Below are positions 58,592 through 64,000 of a stretch of DNA of 64,000 nucleotides, one piece after another. The stretch is from Escherichia phage LQ5. The notes below the pieces were generated by a model. It had not been told where the DNA came from, made no database searches, and worked only from the letters and a program-made list of their open reading frames with translations. Made by a program: the position numbers and the translations under genes. The stretch lies in the sequence record OR677401; one strand, given 5' to 3'. Each line of letters starts with the position of its first letter. Within the stretch, counting starts at the first letter, position 1.

Positions 58592-58593
58592 GT

Positions 58594-58821
58594 TTAGAAA
58601 TCTTCCTCTTCCTCGTCGTCCATCGACTCCAATTCAGCTCTCTTACCAGCCAATGCATCACGCACGCTAATATCATCCGAATCACGAAGTTCGGCTTCCT
58701 TACTACGAGTTTTGTAATACTTCTCCAATTCCTTCAGACCATCCATAGTCTGACAAGAACCAATTTTAGCCATGAAGCTTTCAATAGATGCTTCTTGAAT
58801 AACTTCTTTAAAGGTTTTCAT
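58594..58821 (-). CDS. UvsW.1 small acidic protein
   Basis: 75 aa; MKTFKE.I.EAS...FMAKI..C.T.DGLKE.EKYY..R..EAELR.SDDISVRDALA.KR; ATGA overlap with the uvsW stop. Confidence 0.65.
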   Translation of the reverse strand: MKTFKEVIQEASIESFMAKIGSCQTMDGLKELEKYYKTRSKEAELRDSDDISVRDALAGKRAELESMDDEEEEDF

Positions 58822-60314
58822 AAATCCACCTGTTTCATTACGTAATTAAATTTCTCATCAGCATAACGTTGAATACGTTCTAAAGCGTGTTTGAGGGCGT
58901 AGTTCAAATGAACATATTTCTTTTTAGCCGTAGCTGATTTAGGCTTAACACCCATGTCGTCGATGATATCCCACACCTGTGCTGTTGATTTAGAGGCATG
59001 TTTACGGAGTACACGACCAATTGTCTGGAGTACAATGATTTTAGATTTTACTGGATGGGCAAATACAACGTGGTGAAGGTTCTTAACGGAAATACCAGTA
59101 GAGAACACACCATAACTTGCCACAACAATAATACCCTTACCATTTTCCGCCATTACTTTCAGAGCATTACGCGTTTCGGTATTAACTTCACCTGATACGT
59201 AATAAACTTCTTTATGTTGCTCTTTAACCATTTCAAAAAGAGTTTTACCGTGTTCGATGTTTTTAAACATCAGGAATACGTTCTCTTCTTTCTTAGCGAG
59301 TTTAACAGCTAAATTAGCAACCCATTTATTACGACGAGTAGCCTTAGTAATGACCTTGATTTCTGATTGGTAATCTTTACCTTTCATTTTAACCGTGAAT
59401 TCGTCTGGGTATCGAAGGAAAATACTGTTGATTTTAAGGTCAGTAACCTGTCCTTCTTCCATTAATTGGGAGGTGGATACTGGCTTAAACACATCACCAA
59501 ACAAGCCCATATATTGCATTAAATTAGCTTTACCATCTTTTAAAGAACCCGACAAACCGAATTTAAACATACAGTTGGTTAGGCCTTCGATGATAGTAGA
59601 AATAGATTTACCTGTAGCCAAATGGCATTCGTCGTTCATAAACATACCGAACTGAGCAAACCATTCTTTAGGTTGCTTGATAGCGGTTTGATAAGTTGAA
59701 ACATAAATCATTGCATCGGAATCACGAGCAGTACCTGAACGAATACCAAGCATTGCGGCTTTAGGGAACAGACGATAATCGATGAAGTCGTTAATCATCT
59801 GGTCGACAAGTGCAGTAGTAGGAACTAAGATGAGGATTTTACCTTCATAGTTCTCAACGTAATATCGACTCAGGAGTGCCTGGATTAATGATTTACCTGC
59901 AGATGTAGGTAAATTCAGAATTGCGCGACGTTTTGTCAGGCCGTTGTATACGGCTTCATTCTGATACCAATGAGGCTCAATCTTGGTAGACCCTGAATAA
60001 ATTTCTTGAGAAGCCACCCATGAATCAAAATCTTCACGAGAAATATCTTCCTGTTCAAGAATACGTGGGTCAATCCACAGAGAGTATTCAAATTGTTCAG
60101 CGAACTTTTTAATTTGAGGGACCAATCCATAAGGAAGTTTACGGTTGTAATCCAGAAGGCGAATACGTCCGTCCCATTGGCCATAACGAAATTTAGGGTT
60201 GAATTTATATCCATCAGCTTCAAAGCTAAAATAGTCTCTGAGTTCGTAGAATGTAGATTCATCGCATTCAATACGGACATGACTAAAATTATCAAAATGT
60301 ACTTGAATTTGCAT
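58818..60314 (-). CDS. uvsW: UvsW SF2 DNA/RNA helicase
   Basis: 498 aa; helicase motifs (PTSAGKS Walker A, DECH box) and T4-UvsW-like N-terminus MQIQVHFDNFSHVRIECDEST. Confidence 0.92.
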   Translation of the reverse strand: MQIQVHFDNFSHVRIECDESTFYELRDYFSFEADGYKFNPKFRYGQWDGRIRLLDYNRKLPYGLVPQIKKFAEQFEYSLWIDPRILEQEDISREDFDSWVASQEIYSGSTKIEPHWYQNEAVYNGLTKRRAILNLPTSAGKSLIQALLSRYYVENYEGKILILVPTTALVDQMINDFIDYRLFPKAAMLGIRSGTARDSDAMIYVSTYQTAIKQPKEWFAQFGMFMNDECHLATGKSISTIIEGLTNCMFKFGLSGSLKDGKANLMQYMGLFGDVFKPVSTSQLMEEGQVTDLKINSIFLRYPDEFTVKMKGKDYQSEIKVITKATRRNKWVANLAVKLAKKEENVFLMFKNIEHGKTLFEMVKEQHKEVYYVSGEVNTETRNALKVMAENGKGIIVVASYGVFSTGISVKNLHHVVFAHPVKSKIIVLQTIGRVLRKHASKSTAQVWDIIDDMGVKPKSATAKKKYVHLNYALKHALERIQRYADEKFNYVMKQVDL

Positions 60315-60328
60315 AAGTAATTCTCAGT

Positions 60329-60336
60329 TATAAATA
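60329..60336 (+). promoter_or_regulatory. late promoter TATAAATA for inh-hoc
   Basis: exact tataaata ~35 nt upstream of the inh start. Confidence 0.55.
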
Positions 60337-60342
60337 TAGTTA

Positions 60343-60350
60343 TATTTATA
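60343..60350 (-). promoter_or_regulatory. late promoter TATAAATA (minus strand) for uvsW
   Basis: tatttata on plus strand ~30 nt upstream of the uvsW start; divergent from the inh promoter. Confidence 0.5.
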
Positions 60351-60369
60351 CACCAACAAGAGACTAATT

Positions 60370-61041
60370 ATGGATACTCAATATATTGAAGAGCTTCGTG
60401 CACTCGAAGATAAAAAAGAAGCTAAAGCTAAGTTAATCGAATACGGCGAACAGTTCGGTTTAAAACTTAAGAAAACCCGTTCGTTTGATAATTTGATTAT
60501 CGATATCTCTGAAGGCCTTAAAGCCTTGGCTGACGAACCACTTCCAGAAACCGAAGGGTTGTCCATTTCTGATTTGATTGATGCCGCCGACGAACTCACT
60601 GGTGATAAAGATTTTATCGAAGGTGCTGAACCAGCTAAAGAAGAAGCCACCCTGTTGTTCGATGCCCCTGAGGCTGCAGTAGAAGTCGTTGAGGTAGCCG
60701 AACTTCCTAAGGTAGAGATTATCGAAGAGGATGTTCCATTTGACGAAGAGAAATTCAAAGGGGCTATAGCCAAGGTTGTTGAATCTGAAAAACCCGTATT
60801 CTCTTTACCTGAAAACTTCAGTCCTAATCTTTTGCTTATCGGTAAGAACCCAGGTTATTGCACCGTTCCTTGGTGGATTTACCAATGGATTTCTGAGACC
60901 CCGGATTGGAAAGAACGTCCAACTGCTTTCCAACATCCTTCTGCCCACCAAACATTATTTAGTCTGATTTATTACATTAATCGTAATGGTTCAGTATTAG
61001 TACGTGAAACTCGTAACTCATCTTTTGTCACTTTAAAATAA
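60370..61041 (+). CDS. inh: putative Inh (prohead-protease inhibitor) by position
   Basis: 223-aa acidic ORF between uvsW and hoc, as T4 inh. Confidence 0.5.
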   Translation: MDTQYIEELRALEDKKEAKAKLIEYGEQFGLKLKKTRSFDNLIIDISEGLKALADEPLPETEGLSISDLIDAADELTGDKDFIEGAEPAKEEATLLFDAPEAAVEVVEVAELPKVEIIEEDVPFDEEKFKGAIAKVVESEKPVFSLPENFSPNLLLIGKNPGYCTVPWWIYQWISETPDWKERPTAFQHPSAHQTLFSLIYYINRNGSVLVRETRNSSFVTLK

Positions 61042-61050
61042 GGGTTTATT

Positions 61051-61899
61051 ATGGCTTATACCGTAGATATGGCTCCTTTGGCGGCTACGGCCGTTATTGG
61101 AGCAACAACCAATTTCACTGCGACCGGTTCCGGTGCTGCAGCTGAAGGTACCGAATCATTTGTCTGGACCGTTGATGGCGTTCCTCAATCTTCTGTGACT
61201 GCTGCAATGGATTATGTTGCTGTTGGCCCGGCAGGCAGCAAGACTATTAAAGTTGTTGCAACAACTACACCGGCGGACGGCGAACCAGAAACAGCTGAAG
61301 CCGAAACAACTTTAACTATCCAGAATAAAACCATTTCCGGTGTTTCTGTGACATTAACCCCAGCTTCGATTAATGTTCCGGAAGGCACTCCAGCTTCTTT
61401 TAAAGCGGATGTGGTCGGCGCTCCTGCTGGTGCTACTTTTGCCTATTCTTGGAAGAAAGACGGTTCTCCTGTAGTTGGCACCACGGATACTCTAGCAATC
61501 GATACAAGCACTGAAGGTTCACAGGTTATTGAAGTTTCTGTTGTGGTTTCGGCGACTGATTATAACCCGGCGACGGTCACAAAAACCGGTAATGTGACAG
61601 TCACGGCTAAAGTCGCACCGGTTCCGGATGGCGAATTACCTTACGTTCATCCACTCCCTGTTCGTAATTCAGCATATATTTGGGTTGGTTGGTGGGTTAT
61701 GGATGAAATCCAGAAAATGACTCTTGAAGGCAAAGACTGGAAAACAGATGACCTGGATAGCCCGTATTATTTGCACCGATATACACTTCAAAAAATGATT
61801 ACCGACTATTCAGAGGTTGATGTACAAGAATCTCGTAATGGTCGAATTATTAATCGCACCGCTTTAGAAGCTGGTATTATATACGATTACATTTATTAA
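61051..61899 (+). CDS. hoc: Hoc-like capsid decoration protein (Ig-like domains)
   Basis: 282 aa; T/V/A-rich beta-sandwich-like repeats (TFAYSWKKDGSPV..., FVWTVDGVPQ...) resembling Ig-like domains; shorter than T4 Hoc (376 aa). Confidence 0.6.
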   Translation: MAYTVDMAPLAATAVIGATTNFTATGSGAAAEGTESFVWTVDGVPQSSVTAAMDYVAVGPAGSKTIKVVATTTPADGEPETAEAETTLTIQNKTISGVSVTLTPASINVPEGTPASFKADVVGAPAGATFAYSWKKDGSPVVGTTDTLAIDTSTEGSQVIEVSVVVSATDYNPATVTKTGNVTVTAKVAPVPDGELPYVHPLPVRNSAYIWVGWWVMDEIQKMTLEGKDWKTDDLDSPYYLHRYTLQKMITDYSEVDVQESRNGRIINRTALEAGIIYDYIY

Positions 61900-61901
61900 T
61901 A

Positions 61902-61923
61902 ATGGGCCGCAAGGCCCATTTTG
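61902..61923 (+). terminator. rho-independent terminator after hoc
   Basis: AUGGGCC-GCAA-GGCCCAU + UUUG. Confidence 0.6.
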
Positions 61924-62002
61924 CATTAAAGTACAAAATTCCTGTTTACAAGTTAAAAATTCTATGTTAAGATGGGTTTACCAACTCAACGAGAGAATTG
62001 TT

Positions 62003-62212
62003 ATGGATAAGGTTAAAGTACATTTTTTACACGAATCTGGGTTGAATTTTATAGAAATTGCTAAAAAAATGGGCGGGACCGCTAAGGACATGGCCAAAGC
62101 ATGGGTTGATGTAGAACAAGCCAAGGCCAAATTTAAAGCGAAAGAAAAGGTTGTTTATCGTAAAAGATTGAACAACAAGGTTCGGCGCAAAGCGCGTTCT
62201 AGTTCAAAGTAA
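62003..62212 (+). CDS. hypothetical small basic protein
   Basis: Track ORF 61964..62212; Lys/Arg-rich C-terminus. Confidence 0.4.
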   Translation: MDKVKVHFLHESGLNFIEIAKKMGGTAKDMAKAWVDVEQAKAKFKAKEKVVYRKRLNNKVRRKARSSSK

Positions 62213-62240
62213 TATGCTTTAAATTTAGGTGTGATATAAT
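62213..62240 (+). promoter_or_regulatory. candidate MotA-dependent middle promoter (MotA box TATGCTTTA, 13-nt gap, TATAAT)
   Basis: tgcttta at 62215-62221, tataat at 62235-62240, upstream of rnlB. Confidence 0.45.
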
Positions 62241-62326
62241 GGGTCTAGGTCCTTCCGTTAAACCATTTGGCTTGGTGACAGAAGACTACTAGCTCTTCTA
62301 TTTAATTATATTTATTATGGTGATTT

Positions 62327-63334
62327 ATGTTCAAGAAATATAGCAGTCTCGAAAACCACTACAACAGTAAGTTTATCGAAAAACTCCGTACTAACGGTTT
62401 GACTGGTGGTGAATGGGTAGCACGTGAGAAGATTCATGGAACCAACTTTAGTTTAATCATAGAACGTGACGCAGTCACATGCGCCAAGCGCACTGGCCCT
62501 ATCCTCCCTGCTGAAGATTTCTATGGTTATGAAATTGTACTTAAGAACTATGCTGATTCTATTAAATCTGTTCAACATCTAATCGAATCGATTAATTACC
62601 AGTCATATCAGATTTACGGCGAATTCGCTGGGCCAGGTATCCAGAAGAATGTGGACTACGGCGATAAAGACTTTTATGTGTTCGATATCCGAGTTACTAA
62701 AGAAGATGGCTCAGAATCTGTTCTAACCGATACATTGATGGAAGCCTTCTGTATTATCCATAAGTTTAAGGTAGCTCCATGTCTGGCCACTGGTAGCTTT
62801 GAAGACCTTATTAAACTTCCTAATGATTTTGATTCAGTTGTTCCTGATTATAATTTTGCAGTGGATAACGCAGGCTTAACTATTGCAAACTCAACCGATT
62901 TTATTCCTAAGGTAGAAGGTAAGGTATTCACGGCTGAAGGCTTTGTATTGAAACCTGATGTTCCTACCTGGCTTCCAAACGGAAATCGTGTGGCGATTAA
63001 ATGTAAGAACTCTAAATTCAGCGAGAAGAAAAAGTCTGATAAGCCTATTAAAGTTGCAGTGGTATTGTCCCAAGACGATATGGATTTGATGTGGCAATTC
63101 ACCGATTATGTGACTGTTAACCGCATTAACAATGTCATCAGTAAGATTGGCGAAGTATCGCCGAAGGATTTCGGAAAGGTGATGGGCTTGACAGTCCAGG
63201 ATATCCTTGAAGAAGCCGCCCGTGAAGAATTGGAATTAACTGATGCGGAAAATCCCGTTGAAGTTAAAAAGCAGCTCATTGAGTGCGTAAAAGAAACATT
63301 AAGACATGTATGGATTGAACTAGTATCCAAATAA
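62327..63334 (+). CDS. rnlB: RNA ligase 2
   Basis: 335 aa; [20 protein letters not shown]...[56 protein letters not shown] near-identical to T4 Rnl2. Confidence 0.94.
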   Translation: MFKKYSSLENHYNSKFIEKLRTNGLTGGEWVAREKIHGTNFSLIIERDAVTCAKRTGPILPAEDFYGYEIVLKNYADSIKSVQHLIESINYQSYQIYGEFAGPGIQKNVDYGDKDFYVFDIRVTKEDGSESVLTDTLMEAFCIIHKFKVAPCLATGSFEDLIKLPNDFDSVVPDYNFAVDNAGLTIANSTDFIPKVEGKVFTAEGFVLKPDVPTWLPNGNRVAIKCKNSKFSEKKKSDKPIKVAVVLSQDDMDLMWQFTDYVTVNRINNVISKIGEVSPKDFGKVMGLTVQDILEEAAREELELTDAENPVEVKKQLIECVKETLRHVWIELVSK

Positions 63335-63341
63335 ACGATAA

Positions 63342-63368
63342 AGGGACCTTACGGTCCCTTTTATTTTT
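63342..63368. terminator. hairpin terminator between convergent rnlB and gene 24
   Basis: AGGGACC-UUAC-GGUCCCU + U-rich run on plus; stem also present on minus. Confidence 0.6.
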
Positions 63369-64000
63369 CTAAAGGCGGTAATTTTACGCCGAGATAAGAA
63401 CTCAATTGACTTTGATTAGCCATTTTGTCCATATCAGAACCATCAATAATGCGGGCTTCTTTATCGTCCTTAGCGACGGTATAAGGGTTTGCAGTCAATG
63501 CATAACGAGCAAGCAATGCTACTGTAGGTTGTAAGCTTTCCGGGTCAACAATAACCTTAAATTCACCAACTGAAGTATCACCTTCTTCGTCAACCACATT
63601 CAAACCTTCCGTATAAGGCGCATAATATAAAGATGCGACCGTCTGTCCTTCACCCATCTGGGCATTTACACCAACAATAACATAATCACATGGACTATTC
63701 ATATCAGCATAAAGTGGTAGGCCATTCTTTAATATACCATAAGCCAATTCGTCCTGGTCTTCCTTTTTCTCAACCCAACCAGAGGCGGCGAGAATAGCAG
63801 CACAACGAGAACTAGCTACTGCATAAGTCCCGGCAAAAGAAGTCTGTCGTTGGACGGCAGAGTTCATCTCACACATATAATAATATAATGTGCGAGCACG
63901 GTCCTGGGCATTATCGTAGCGAGGGTTGGTAAGGTCTAATACACCCTTTTCAGAAACACCCCGGACTTTAAAACGAGAGCTCACGGTAATTAATGACTGT
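63361..64000 (-). CDS. 24: gp24 capsid vertex protein (C-terminal part; N-terminus beyond window end)
   Basis: C-terminal ...AILAASGW...DYVIVGV...YYAPYTEGL...FKV.VDPESLQP...L.ARYAL.ANPYTVAKD.KEARIIDG.DMDKMA..S.LS..LGVKLP matches T4 gp24; track Met at 63984 is internal. Confidence 0.88.
   Translation of the reverse strand, partial: QSLITVSSRFKVRGVSEKGVLDLTNPRYDNAQDRARTLYYYMCEMNSAVQRQTSFAGTYAVASSRCAAILAASGWVEKKEDQDELAYGILKNGLPLYADMNSPCDYVIVGVNAQMGEGQTVASLYYAPYTEGLNVVDEEGDTSVGEFKVIVDPESLQPTVALLARYALTANPYTVAKDDKEARIIDGSDMDKMANQSQLSSYLGVKLPPLEK

Noticed and set aside
61944-61973. Possible early promoter GTTTAC with weak -10 (TTAAGA/TAAGAT) upstream of the 82-aa ORF
   Set aside because: The -10 hexamer is a poor match; left unannotated as a feature.

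Overview
This window is a contiguous block of a T-even (T4/T2-like, Tequatrovirus-type) myovirus genome, not a bacterial chromosome or prophage. Gene content and order follow the T4 map read counter-clockwise: rIIB - ndd - stp - ac - 52 - motA - asiA | t - 38 - 37 - 36 - 35 - 34 (late, minus strand) | rnh - dsbA - 33 - 59 - 32 - frd - td - nrdA - nrdB - denA - rnlA - alc - spanins - pseT - cd - 31 - rIII - 30.x island - 30 (ligase) - three alt paralogues | 54 - 48 - 29 - 28 - 27 - 51 (minus) | 26 - 25 - uvsY | uvsW (minus) | inh - hoc - rnlB | 24 (minus, truncated at window end). Product calls rest on my recall of T4/T2 protein sequences, on motifs, and on synteny; no database search was run. 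Most identifications of the large conserved proteins are near-unambiguous (gp32, gp59, gp52, NrdA/B, Td, Frd, PseT, Rnl1, Rnl2, UvsW, UvsY, AsiA, MotA, Ndd, Stp, holin T, gp34-gp38). Features that stand out against the T4 backbone: (1) a tandem array of three Alt-like ADP-ribosyltransferase paralogues; (2) a NADAR (YbiA-like) ORF plus a HAD-type hydrolase directly upstream of DNA ligase; (3) two Seg-type (GIY-YIG/NUMOD) homing-endonuclease ORFs flanking gene 59; (4) intron-less td and nrdB; (5) a T2-type gp38 glycine-rich adhesin paired with a gp37 carrying a C-terminal auto-processing chaperone-like tail; (6) many copies of a near-identical early promoter/leader cassette, several with inverted repeats bracketing the -10 hexamer; (7) islands of small unannotatable ORFs and short hydrophobic peptides that are the most likely places for undescribed host-takeover or anti-defence functions. 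No tRNA, rRNA, CRISPR array, integrase or transposase was detected.
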